64,000 bases of DNA from Nemertoderma westbladi (Eukaryota > Animalia > Xenacoelomorpha), in assembly GCA_032718475.1 (NCBI GenBank), contig JAUCBJ010005675.1, positions 1 to 64,000 on the forward strand. Reading direction: 5' to 3'. Numbering within the stretch: position 1 is the first letter of the stretch; each line of letters opens with the position of its first letter. The notes beneath the pieces were generated by a model. It did no database searches. It worked only from the letters and a program-made list of their open reading frames with translations, and had not been told where the DNA came from. Position numbers and translations under genes: made by a program. Below are positions 22,001-34,800 of the stretch, piece by piece.

Positions 22001-25000
22001 TACACCTGAACTACACATACCCACCGGAGACGTCGCCCGATCTATAAAGCAGGATGACGGCTTTTACGCTGAACGAACAATAATGGGATGGACACTCTGC
22101 GGCATCAAGGAAGAGACTACCGACACCTATACATACCTTCCTAAATGTCAGATTAAAGAAAATGCAACATCCGTGGGTTATTTCTCAGCTACAGACCTCG
22201 ATGAGGATTTATTTCTTGAGACCGAAAAAACCCAGCAAGAGATGACTAAATACTTTAATCTAGAGACCCAAGAGTTCGCTGAAAAGGACTAAAACCCGTC
22301 CGAGGAGGATCAATATTGTATGGATGTCCTGGACCAGGCCACGTTCAACGACGGACACTGGTGTTCACCCATGTTATGGAAGGACCCAAGCAAACCAATG
22401 GCAAACAACGCCAACATGGCCCTTAGGCGACTTAAGGGGATTCTACGCCGGCTGAATGACCAACCCGAGATAAAAGAGAAATATAACACCGTAATCAAAG
22501 GATATCTCGAGGATGGATTAGCAGAAATGGTACCACGGAATGAACTGCAAGGGGGTAAAAGAACATATTATCTTCCAACCCACTATGTGGTAGAAGCCCG
22601 GAAGGGCGGTAAAATCCGAGTAGTTAACGATGCCGCTGCTATGTACCAAGGCGAATCCCTGAACAGTCAGCTTTATACGGGGCCCAACATATATAGTACA
22701 CTTATCGGCGTATTGATCAGGTTCAGAGAAAACCGGATAGCATTCACCTGCGACATCAAAGCCATGTTTCACCAGGTTCGTACGCTACCAAGAGACTCAG
22801 ACTGTCTATGTATCCTATGGACGGATAAAACACTAACTCAACTGGAGATTAGTCAACTTACAATGAAGGATGTAGACGTAATGCGTATGATCGTCAGGAT
22901 CTTCGGAGCTAAGGACTCGCCGGTAGCATGTAGTGACATGCTGAAGAAGACGGCAACCATGTGCGAAAACGAGTTCCTTCCAACCATCATAGAAACCATC
23001 CGACGATGCTTCTACATGGACGACGGATGCGCCGGCGCAGATAATGTGGACGAGGCATATCGGCTAGCAATGGGAATGGTAGAATGTTTAAAGAAAGGAG
23101 GTTTCCCGCTCGTGAAGATCAGATCCCACGACAAAAAACTTATGGAAAAGTTTCCGGAGGACATCCGACTGGACAACAACAAAATGTATTCGGAGGATGT
23201 GGAACACCGTGTACTTGGTATTGAATGGGACATAGAATCAGACGAATTCATTTTCAAATATAAACCCCTACCCAAGCCTATGACGAAAAGGGGATGTTTG
23301 GCGATAAAAAGCGCAATCTTTGACCCACTAAATTTCATATCTCCGGTAACCTTGGCCAGAATGAACCTGATTAAGGAAATGTGGATAGAAGGACTGGGAT
23401 GGGATGAAGAACTCCCCCCACACCTCAGCGTCAAATGGAGAAAATGGACGGACCAGCTCGAACACCTACATCTTATGCGGATCCCTCGACCGTTCTTCCT
23501 CGATAAACTACCCACCGATATCTTCCAGCTCCATACCTTCTCGGATGCTTCGAATACCGGAATCGGCGTAGTCACCTTCTTACGAAGACTAAGCAACGAT
23601 GGAAACGGCGATACGAGCTTTTTATTTTCTAAAGCTAAGACAGTATCCGGGGAATTCGTAGCAACGATTCCAAGACTCGAGCTACAGGCTGCAGTTTGGG
23701 CAGTGAGACAGAACCGCATGGTCATGCGGAACCTACGAATCCCCATCGAATCTCAACACTTCTGGGTTGATTCGAGCATCGTTCTCTACTATCTCCACTC
23801 TCCATCCCGACGTCACACTACGTTTGTAGCGAACCGAGCCGCGGAGATAAAACAGTGTACCGGCCGAGAACAGTGGCACCACGTAAACGGGAAAGAAAAT
23901 CCAGCGAACTTATCAAGCCGAGGCGCCACCCCAAAACAACTCGGTAAAAGTAAACTCTGGCTTACAGGCCCGGAATTCCTACAGCAGCCACAATTAACAT
24001 GGAGTACCCGATTCGACCCCGAACTCGATAGTGGAAAATACTCCGAGGACGACAAAGAGATCCGTAAAGTCCATAGAAGCAACGCAGTGGAAATTTATAG
24101 TTGTCTGACTGAGCCTGCAAAGGACTCGGGCAGGCACTATAACGTTGCGACGATCATTCAACCAGCGGCGTCTTTACATCTGTTAATCGAGCGAACTTCA
24201 TCAATGAGACAGGCTCATCCACCACGTTATAACCCTTCGCAACTTCCTACGGTGGAAAGACAACAAGCCGATAGTTCAACGGAGTATACAAGAACTCATT
24301 ATCGTGGAGAAGTGTATCGTTGGATATGTCCAGAGAGAAAGTTTCCCCGATGAGTGGGAACAACTCAGTGCGGGCAAGACCTTGAAACCGGACAGCCCAG
24401 TCTACCAACTGAGAACAATGATGGGAGAGGATGGACTGATCCGACTGAATACCCGGATGGCAAACGCCCCGGTCGAATATGAGGTTAAATACCCGGCGCT
24501 TCTGCCCGGAACTTCGACACTAGCCAAGCTATTAATTCAACAATGTCACGAGGAAAACCATCACGCAGGACAGAACTGGATTATAGCTAATATAAGACAA
24601 AGATATTGGATCACACACATCCAGCCACTGATCCGGAAAGTGTTGAAACGTTGCTTTACCTGCAGAAGATATCTAGCACCACCACTCACACAAAAGATGG
24701 CCGACTTACCAGCCACCCGTCTACAGCCCGATTCCCCACCGTTCTACGTCACCGGAGTGGACTGTTTTGGACCGTTTACGGTCATCGAACGACGATCCAA
24801 CATCAAATGCTGGGGAGCCATTTTCACCTGCCTTAGGTCTAGAGCAATCTACCTAGACATTGTGGTAAACCTTACGCAACACGCATTCATCAACGCTCTG
24901 CGTAGGTTCGTGGCGAACAATGGGACATGTCGTCACATGTACTCCGATAATGGTACAAACTTTGTGGGAGGAGAAAGAGAACTTAGAGAGGCGATCGAGG

Positions 25001-25718
25001 AATGGTTTACCGATAACACCGCATCCCAAGTCTGGAAGGAACACCAGATACAGTGGCATTTCCAGACACCATTAGCACCCCATACGAGCGGGGTATGGGA
25101 GAAACTGATCGACTTAGTAAAACGATCCATGGCGTCGCACTAGGAGACACCCGGGTAACCCATGACACCCTCCGCACAACATCCTGCGAGATCATGGCTA
25201 CCCTGAACAACCGGCCCATTGTCCTTATCTGCGACGACCCCACAGACCTGGAGCCCCTCACTCCTAACCACCTACTGGGGAGACCCAAAACTCATGTTCT
25301 CCCAGAGACAATGTTTCCGGATCCCAACGATATCGCGAGACATACAAATTGGAAGAAGGCCCAAGCGTTGGCAGCGCATTGGTGGAGAATCTGGGCCCAG
25401 GAGTACCTCATAACCCTCCGGACCAGGAGGAAGTGGAACAACACCTACAGGAATGTCGAAGTTGGCGACATGGTGCTGGTCAAAGAAGACCTCAAAGACC
25501 ACGTCCACTGGCCTGTGGCGCGAGTCGTGGCAATACAACCGAGCAAAGACGGACTTGCGAGGACTGTGACGATACGAACGGCAAAGGGCCACTACCAACG
25601 CCCTATCCAGAGGCTGTGCCTTCTTGAAGGCAATGACAGCGGTGACTCTACGAGAGGTGATAAGTTCCCTACTCAAGATCCTGCTGCAGACATTGGTGAC
25701 AATGCTAAAACCGTGTAA
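19095..25718 (+). pseudogene. BEL/Pao gag-pol polyprotein (Gag with 3 Zn knuckles, aspartic protease, RT, RNase H, integrase), broken by stops and frameshifts
   Basis: CLYCGEKHKVEFC / CFRCLGTGHYIRDC / CAVCNDLRHHTLLH; AFLDNGS; CDIKAMFHQV and FYMDD; HTFSDAS and IPRLELQAA; HHAG..CFTC, GVDCFGP, SDNGTNF and GVWE; WPVARV and RPIQRL. Confidence 0.95.
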
Positions 25719-25996
25719 ACCCTTCTCATCCTGTTGACAAACTCTTTAAAACGTGATTTATCGACAATGAAAAATGGACCCCCCTTAAACCAACTGTAAC
25801 CACGCAATGGTATTTGTGTTTCCTCGTGTGTTATGTGGAGTCCAGCATCACCCTGCAGATGTTTCGACTGACGCAGGGTCGTTTATGTATTGTTTACCCT
25901 GATTTTGGTCATCGGGACCAACGATATTGGATTATTGGAAATGGTAAAGATTTGAAGTGGAATTCATTGTATCCATTGTAGTATGTTATGTTGTCC

Positions 25997-26408
25997 GTTG
26001 CGTGCGCAGTTCGGGGCGTAGGCGGTGTAACTAGTCCAGCTGTAGATCCCGGATTGCCGCGCAACACCCCCTCTATCCCGTTATTCTGGTGGGTCCATGG
26101 TGCATCCACATGACTTCGACGATAGAGGGTTTTATGTTTCTCAGTCGCGTTATTCTGGTGGGACCGTTGCGTGGATTTTGGGGCGTAGGCGGTGTAACTA
26201 GTCCAGCTGTAGATCCCAGAATGTTGCATAACCCCATCCCACATGACTTCGTCGACTGAGCTTTATGTTGTTGGGAGTGTTATTCTGGTGGGTCCCTGGT
26301 GCATTCCACGTGACTTCACTCCCAGCGTCTTCATTGTCCGTTACGTGCGCAGTTTGGAGCGTAGGCGGTGTAACTAGCCCAGCTGTAGATCCCAGATTGC
26401 CGCGTAAC
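25997..26408 (+). ncRNA. modular structured RNA element between pol and the accessory ORF (A1-B1-B2[A2]-B3-A3)
   Basis: Three copies each of two conserved cores, set in closing stems that differ in sequence but remain complementary. Confidence 0.7.
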
Positions 26409-26930
26409 ACCCCTTCCACAACAAAGATTTCCCAAAGAAGATGATTGAATGTAGTTGGAAAAGATGAAAAGAATCAGACAACTCTACTATAAACCGAATG
26501 GTGACGCGTATGATGATGAAAATGAAATGATGCGCACCCTGGTGCTGCGCTTATAACAAATGATGATAGCCGGGGGGCTATAACCCCAATGATGATGTGG
26601 AAATAAATGAAAATGTGAAATAAATGAAATGTGATGAAATAATAATGAGAAATGAAAAAAGACAAAAAAAAGGTATAAAAAAGTCTAAAGAAAAGAATTG
26701 GAAAAAAGAAGAGGACATAAAAAGTCATAAAAACTGGTTGGATATTAATGTATAGCTATAGTAACTGTAAATGCTGAATGTATTAGTAATAAGATGATAG
26801 ATGCCTATATAGCAATGTTATTTAATAAACTGAATTAAAAATAAACTGAATTATTCTGCAATCACTATAGTTTCAGACTTTCTGGACTTATAATTAACTG
26901 ATATAATTTGCAACGGACATAATTGTAAAT

Positions 26931-29536
26931 ATGGACCCAAATCGCCAAATTATCGGCGAATTACGTAATACGATAGATCTACTGGAATATCCACAACCCG
27001 GATCCCCTAACTTTGATACAGATTGGAACACCCTAATAAATGAGAATGTGCGATACGTCAAATTCTGCGGGCGAGAGGGACCGGATTCCCGGAATCTACG
27101 AGCCCTCCGGTTGGCCGATGCTAGTACGAGACTGAAAAGAACTCGGAACGCAAAGGCTACCGGAGGGGATGAGTTGTCGTATTGGGAAACGTTCCGGCAA
27201 AGCGTCTACAGATCCCGATGTTTGATATACGACAACGAGGGAAATGCGACGCCCACCTCGAAAGCGATGACGTTGGCGCGATGTCAAAGTTTCGTCGACG
27301 ACAAGAGTACGTACCTCACACACTGGGGAAACCTGTCGGAGTGTACGGCGACGCTACGAGAGGAACGTATATCGATCATCCAGAATCGCGATGACTACCG
27401 GGAAAAGTACGGAGCGAAAGAATACGGTCGATCCTTGGTCGTCGTCCTCGGAACCCTGGACGGTTTGGTATTGGTGTGTCGAATATTTCCAACACCCAGA
27501 CAGGAAGTGCAGGCAGCCGGAGCGATCTGGTTACTACCTCCGGAAATCCAAAAGATCCTCTTCGACTTCGACGTCATTAAAATCGGGTCGGATATAAAGG
27601 CGGACGTCCGGAACGACTACGCGAACGCTCCTTCAGGAAGAGACCGACGAGACGACCTCAACGCCCTTAGCCATTGCGTCGACACTCAAACGCTATTAGC
27701 CTGGTTACGATTCGCCGAGTTCATGCGAGGATTCCAAGAGGTGAGACCGACGAAATCCGGGATTGGCTACCTCGCTGTGCTAAACGGCGGCATCGACTTC
27801 AAACCTCAGAAACTCCGGGATTATAATAAAATATATGGTGGATACCCGGGATTAGAAATAAAGAGCGAGCGAGAGGGTCGATGGAAGGACGTGGAGAGAA
27901 AGTGGACGATACACCAAAAGTGGGAGAATCCGGAACGACGGAACTACATCTACGTTGTTATGGAATCATACACCGTCGCTAAGTTTATCTGTAAAACCCT
28001 CGATAACCTCATTATGGCGGTTCCTCTTTCCTTCGTCGACTACGACTGGAACGAGGTTGTAAACCACGCGTTCAAAGCGGTCGAGAACATTACACCGGGA
28101 GAGATGAAAACGCTCGCCGTCATCGATTCCTGGGACGAGAGCGGACCTTACGACATCCCTACGATTACCGATCTTCTCGGTGCGGAGGAGCCTCTGATTT
28201 CTTCGGAAGGGGAAGAACTATGGCTGCAGGAGGGCATTCTACTCTCCACCCCGAAGCGACAACTCGAGCCGGAGGCCGCTTACCAACCGGCAGCCAAACG
28301 GGTTGCCTCCGCCGAACCTGCGACGGAAGCGGGCGTTTCCTCACCTCTTGGCTCCGGTAGCCCTGCGAGGGAGTTAATCACCACCTCCGCGTTGAGCAAC
28401 TTCGGCGATATATGCCAAAGGTTATCCCCATATCATATCCTTTCCCGGGTGGCGAAGACTGGTCTTCAGAGATTCCGAGTACCAGCAACCAACGGTCACG
28501 CTCAGCGATACTGGTTGAAAAGGGTCCCAGCGCTGCGCCGACTCCCGACGATCTCCTCGGAATCCCTCGGTCGAAAACCCCGGCACCTCTTCGCCGACCA
28601 GCGGTGGCTACTACACCCTCCGTTCCTCAGGATCCTATGCGACTAACCCGTTGGTACGCCGAGCAAACCGAATGGATCCACCGCCAGAAACGGTCGTCCG
28701 AGTTGAGACCGGCAGGACATAAAGAAGGTTATCGGAGCGAGGACCTACTACGCAAAAGCCCAGCCTTCCGCGGGCTACCAGCCACCGCGAATATTCAGAA
28801 GAGTGACCGACGACTCGAGTATTACGTCGGCGTCCCGATTCCGATATTCCCCGGTCGAGAGATGCAGTTGGAGGTGTGCGGTAACTGCGGTTCGGAGCAG
28901 TGCCCACGCGGTAAAAGAAATCGGGTTACCGATTCGTGCCTCCAGCTCCTCGGGATACTTTATTGCCCATACTGCGCGACATCGGGCCACGACGTTACCG
29001 TCTGTCCGATCCTATATAACCTCTGCACTACGTGCAGTTTCCGTGGACATTCCGCTAGCCCCCGCTGCTATATCAAATGTCCTACCAAAGACGTTACCGC
29101 TATGGGAAATATGGTCATGTTTGAAACATACGCAAACAGCCACATAAGGACCAAAACGCGGAGAAACGCTGGGAATATCGCGCAGGAGATGGCGTGCGGG
29201 TATTTTTCCTTCCCGGAGCGCCTACATACGACGGCAAAGCTACCTTTCCATTATGTGGATCTGCTGCTGAGCGCCGGATTATTCGGCCCATTTGAAGTCC
29301 TTAGACGCTTAAACTCGTATAAAGAGGAGTTCGGTGACGGAGAGTGGTTCCTTGAGGCTCGCAACTCCGAGTTGGAACGACAAACCGATATGATCCCGTT
29401 GCCATCGAAAGGAAGAGCCGCCAGGAGACAAGCCGAAGCGTTGCTCACGATGGATGTTGACGCTCCTCTACCAGCTCTAGCGATCGACGAGAGTCGACGG
29501 GCGAAGAGGAGAAAGGCGTATCAGAGAAAGAAATAG
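26931..29536 (+). CDS. accessory ORF in the env position: DnaQ-like (WRN/EXD/Egalitarian-type) 3'-5' exonuclease fold, P/S/A linker, Cys/His zinc knuckles and basic tail; one -1 frame change near 28360-28410
   Basis: VVLGTLDGLVLV..LPPEIQKILFDFDVIKIGSDIKADV..CVDTQ..SGIGYLA..W...NYIYVVMESY; then CGNC..., CPYCATSGHDVTVC, CTTCSFRGHSASPRC and RRAKRRKAYQRKK. Confidence 0.65.
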
Positions 29537-29714
29537 TGGACTGGGATATTCCAGGAACATTTATTGAACACTTATTTTTATACATATATATATATAAACT
29601 CTAGGCCAAATTAATCAAGACTATGCAATATTAAAATTTTGGGGTTTTTTATATGGGAATGACCTACGCAAACTCAATCTACCGATAGACCTCACGAAGG
29701 TCATTGGGGGGGAC

Positions 29715-30557
29715 TGTTCGCGGTATTTCAACTTTTCATAACGCGAGTTGAATATTTTTTGTACTTATTTAAAATGATTATTCCGATATCACTACTGGGT
29801 GCGGGACCACGGGTTTGGGCACACTCTATGAACTGGGGGCGATTTATGGGCGAATATTGGGGCGACTTACAGGGTACGGGACTCATTTCATGTTTATAAG
29901 GGCCAGGGGTGGGAGGCAAAATTAAGCAGTATTCAGGTTCGCCTGAGTACTATTAGGCCTAGCCCACGCGCCAGGCCTAAAGGACAAGGACTGCCCTTAG
30001 CGGTCCCTGGCCAACAGCAGTTATTACGAGCCTGAAAGGGACATCGGAACGCCGGCTGCTTGTGTCAGGGATTTGCGACGGGAAACGACACGACAGACCC
30101 CTAGCCAAGCCGTACTGGTTCTCGATGATCGTTCCCTTCGGGGTTCGTGAGGGGTGGGACGGACACGCGACAGGGTCGACCGACACCGACACTACGGCAT
30201 CAAGACTAGGACCGAGGGAAAATCTGGGGAACATTAGTTAGGCTAAAATCTGAGCGAACAGTGGGTAATTAAATAATTTACTGTAGGGATTTATATTGTC
30301 GTGTATTATTATTGTGAATAATTTGGTGTATATTGGTTTGGGGAAGCCCAATTTATTCTCAATCAAGGTTCAACTGTAGGGAAGTTACATTAAAGCGTAT
30401 ATCCAACCAATGCAGCTTTTTCTCAACCGCAATCTTGCATTTAAGAACATTCCTTCTCCACAATCAATATCCGGTGACTGGCCGGGATTCCGTGGTCTGT
30501 AAAATTCCGCCTCCAGCATCGGCGTTTTCCCCCATGGTGTCGGGAATAACGGCAACA
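29715..30557 (+). repeat. 3' LTR (843 bp) with a single Y and a single X hairpin module
   Basis: Direct repeat of the 5' LTR, preceded by the PPT and followed by the TSD. Confidence 0.95.
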
Positions 30558-31010
30558 GAAGGTGTACCATACTTCCATACCAGAATGTAGTACAGAGTAG
30601 GAAGGTGTACCATACTTCCATACCAGAATGTAGTACAGAGTAGGAAGGTGTACCATACTTCCATACCAGAATGTAGCACAGAGTAGGAAGGTGTACCATA
30701 CTTCCATACCAGAATGTTGTACAGAGTAGGAAGGTGTACCATACTTCCATACCAGAATGTTGTACAGAGTAGGAAGGTGTACTATACTGCCATACCAGAA
30801 TGTAGCAGAGTAGGAAGGTGTACCATACTTCCCTAGCAGAATGTAGTACAGAGTAGGAAGGTGTACTATACTGCCATACCAGAATGTAGGAAAGAGTAGG
30901 AAGGTGTACCATACTTCCATACCAGAATGTAGCACAGAGTAGGAAGGTGTACCATACTTCCCTACCAGAATGTAGCACAGAGTAGGAAGGTGTACCATAC
31001 TCCCATACTT
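30558..31010. repeat. 43-bp satellite, right part (a last remnant follows at ~37139-37162)
   Basis: The same unit resumes in register after the BEL TSD. Confidence 0.95.
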
Positions 31011-31132
31011 GAATAAAGGAAGCGAGTTAATGTAATGGAACGATGCCTTTCGTGGTGTAAGCATACTCAAATTATAAATATTAATGACGAGTAAGGGTCT
31101 TGAGCCACGGCTAATATAAAATATTGTTAGTT

Positions 31133-31175
31133 TACCATATAGCTATTTCACGCTTCCCGCGCGTCTTCAGTGGTA
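31133..31175 (-). ncRNA. minimal type I hammerhead ribozyme in the Penelope pseudo-LTR
   Basis: Minus strand reads TACCA-CTGAAGA-c-GCGC-gggaa-GCGT-GAAA-TAGCTA-TA-TGGTA: stem I, core, stem II, palindromic short stem III and an AUA cleavage triplet. Confidence 0.8.
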
Positions 31176-31865
31176 TATTATTTTAAACACAATATTAATA
31201 AAATTTAACTAAAACAGCCAATTCAAAGCCTAAAAAGATATATACAAAACCGATACCGTTATGGTACTGTACAGTAGTTATGACTATTTTAATAAAGATA
31301 TTAGCTGTGTAAAGTGGCAGACCGGAAGAAGAAGTTGAGCATGGTTAGAAATTATGTCGGAAATTCATAATGCATCAAAACTAACTCAAATCAAAATTTA
31401 AAATAAAAGTATTAAAATGTTAAAAACTTTTTAAAAAAATAATAGTAAATAAAAACTAAACCAATGGTGTACCCTATCCTGATATTAAGTAGAATATCTT
31501 TAAAAACTTATAAATAAAGGCTAATAAAATAATAAAACAACAGTGATATAGTGTATACGAATGACATGTGTATAAAAACATATATAAAAAAAAACCTCAG
31601 AAATAAAAGCAGTAATAAAATCTTTAAAATTAATGAAATAAAACTAACAGAATGATTGAGTAATACTAACTACGCCATAGGGTAAATATCCAGAGGTGTC
31701 AGCTATGCAAAAAGCAAATAGCAGCTGTATGACTGGAGTTGAAATTATCATTAAGGCGGGCATGTGGGGCGAGCCACATAGTTAGCAAAACAATAAACTA
31801 TAAAATAAAACAAACTGACTAATACAAATTCCTAAGTAGAATATACAAAATAAAGTTCACATGTT

Positions 31866-34800
31866 TTAGTACAGTCCAATACGGGGAACTACAGTGTTAA
31901 GTGGGGGGCGATGCAAGTTAATTAGAACCGCTTCAGAATGAATCCTACGCTCGTGGTTAGTAAACCTTTTAGAACATGTAATATTGAGCGCACCGATCCC
32001 ACAAATAGCAAAGTGTTGCAGTAGCAAGACTTCAGGACCCGATAAATCGACTCCTAGCCCCTTGCGAGCTGCGTCAATTATGGCACTACGGTAACCTCGA
32101 AGGCGCTCATGTAAACGCTGTTCTGTCTTACCGAAATACCACAAGTGTGGATGCAGATTACATTTGAAAAATTAATCACATTAAATGATTTGCAGTTAAA
32201 TCTCCCATGGATGGGGTCACCCCATGGTGTCCGGCGCTGGTCTAGAACGGCCGAGCATTTGCAACGAGGCCCATTGCAAGAGTGATTACCAAGAGGCAGA
32301 GTTGGCTTGGACTTGGTGATCAACAGTTTACCTAACGATGGGAGGTTACGCGGGACCGTTTGGACACTAATACCTAGCGAACGCAAGTCAGCATTATATT
32401 TGCGGATAACGGGCTCTAGGACAGGCAGGAACTGTGGGGTCGTAGGGAGATATATAGAGGTGTATTTTGGCCCACTCGATGTAGTCTTATTTAAATTTTG
32501 TTGGAGTGCTGATGGACCATCCCCCCTCCGTTGGTAAAGACGGCTGCTGTGTGATCGGCACTGGACCAAGAGGTGTTGGGGTTTGACGCATGGAGGGAGA
32601 GGAGGAAATCCAGCGGATAGCCTCGGTTCTCACACAACTGGAGGTACTGGTGTTTATAACATGTGAAAAAATGGTGTGAGTCAGTTAAACGGCGAATACG
32701 CAAAATTTCAGATTTCACCACTGCCCGTAACGTAGGTTTATGGTGGAAACTAGAGTACATAATAGGTAGTTTATTAGCCATGGTTTTCTAAATAAACGAG
32801 TTCTAAGGGTGTAGGCATTAGTAGCAATCGTTAGATCGAGGTAGTCGACACTAGCATGGGAGTAATGCATTGTAAATTGGATGGCATCAATATTATATAA
32901 ATTCCTACAAGCTGAGTTAAATTCAGTCTTCATGAACTCGAAATGCTCATCAGTTAGTCGCTCATCGTAAATGGCGAAACTATCATCCACCAGAGTACGA
33001 AAGAATGAAGGAGTCCGTAGCGAAATAGTTATCGCCCTCTTGAGTACTTTGTACGAACTGATTATAGAATAATCACTACTGTGGTGACCGCCCATAGGTG
33101 CTCCTGCGTTTTGCAGGTAGTACATTATTCTGATAAAAGAAAAAGTTGTGGTATAGAAGAAACCGTAAAATTGCTGCGAGTTGAGTTGGTGTAAAAATAG
33201 AACGTTCAGATAACGTAGGATCCTCAGAAAGTGCATGCATGGTAGCCTCAATACCCAATTCATGAGGGATGGCGGTAAACATTTCGATTACATCAATAGT
33301 AACTAAAGTAAAATGGGAATTATTAGTTGTTGTAGGCATGGTTTGTTTGAGATCCAAAGAGCTTTTTAGATAGTTATCGGCAGTAGTAACTAAAGGGTGC
33401 AGGTAGTGGTGCATCATTTTGGATAAGGGTTTAAAAAATGCGTCCGTATTAGATATAATAGGTCTACCTTTTGGGATTAGGGCACCATTAGGGTGGGTTA
33501 CCCATTCGTCACGTGGTTTATGGTCTTTAAGAATTATAAAGATATGGCCGGTAGTGAAGGTATTAGGGAAGTGGTGATGGCGAAGCCGTTGGTTCCCAAT
33601 AGCAAGGGAATCTAATAACGATCGGCATTCAACACGAAATCGTGCAGTAGGGTCTTTGCGTAGTTTCACATATGTTTCTTATCACCCAAAATTCGAAGGA
33701 TCTCATATTCCTTAGCAGATTTATCCAATAAAATAATATTACCAGTTTTGTCACCTTTAAGGAATGCTAAATTCTTATCGGTTAATAATAATCAATAAAT
33801 TGTTATTCCCTGTGCTGTTCTCGAACGGTTGCGCGAAGAAGGTGTGTCAGGAATGAGAACTCCAGCACGGCGGTCGAGTTGCAAAGGAAAATCTGGGTGA
33901 AAATTGCAGTCTACCCGGGGTCGGGTCTGTGGAGCCGGCTGTGGGTTCGCTCTGTTCAGCTCCTGTAATACGTCCACAAGGGGTGTTGGTTCATAAGCAT
34001 CTGTATTCGCGGCTGGGAATAGTTTTTTGCGGGCCGTTGTTGGTTGCAAACGAGTATGAGTTAGTTGCGTGGCAGTACTAACCTTGGGAGTAGCAGAAGT
34101 GTTTGATGCTACAGGGACTTCGGTGGCACGATGCAGTTGGCCAGATGTTTGAGGGGGCGTTGCTGATTGTTCATAGATAGGTAGATTAACCAATTTTCGA
34201 AATCTAGTTCTAATTTTCGTTGCTGCTGAGGCTACGTCAATCTTAGCCTCTAGAACATCAGAGGGCGCTGTACCATGGTATGGAATGAAGGTAAACCCCA
34301 ATCCAAGCAAGTTTCTTTGGTCCTGGTTGAGGAGTATTTTAGAAAGGTTATTTACTGGTGCCTGCAGAATGGGAAATGGATTCGTAGATTGAGGGTGGGA
34401 GGGGTCCAAATCACGGAATCGTTGGTTGGACGGAACTCGTCTATTTGCTGTATCTAAATAGCGACTCATAACTTCCCGTCCCATCTCAAAAGAAAACTTG
34501 TATTCCAGACGTTGGCATGCAACCTCCAACTCACGCTCACCAACCAATGGTAGGTAGCCAGGCGTTTAGATACAGCGTAGCGATATAGTTGCCGCTGTTG
34601 ATAGCATCCTGTTCGAGACGGGAAAGGCATTTGCTAAACGCAATCTTTAATCTCCTGAGCGATTTATACTTTAGGTTGAGCTCTTGCCGAAAGATTTTCG
34701 TTAAAAGTCCCTTATATAACGTTGGATACAATTGAATAATTTGTTGCAGTCGTGCTGCCATAAATTGCGGCGGGAAACCAGCACGGCGGCAATCTTCAAA

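Larger units (their letters stand above)
17235..30557 (+). mobile_element. full-length BEL/Pao LTR retrotransposon with an extra 3' ORF, inactivated by stops and frameshifts
   Basis: LTRs TGTTCGCGG...GGCAACA; 5-bp TSD GAAGG at 17230-17234 and 30558-30562; G-rich PPT at 29706-29713; gag-PR-RT-RH-IN order with BEL-type motifs. Confidence 0.97.

Noticed and set aside
23012-23746. 244-aa antisense ORF inside pol
   Set aside because: Shadow ORF of the RT/RNase H coding strand; no independent evidence.
26931-29536. Envelope glycoprotein
   Set aside because: No signal peptide, fusion peptide or transmembrane anchor is evident; motifs indicate an exonuclease fold and Zn knuckles.
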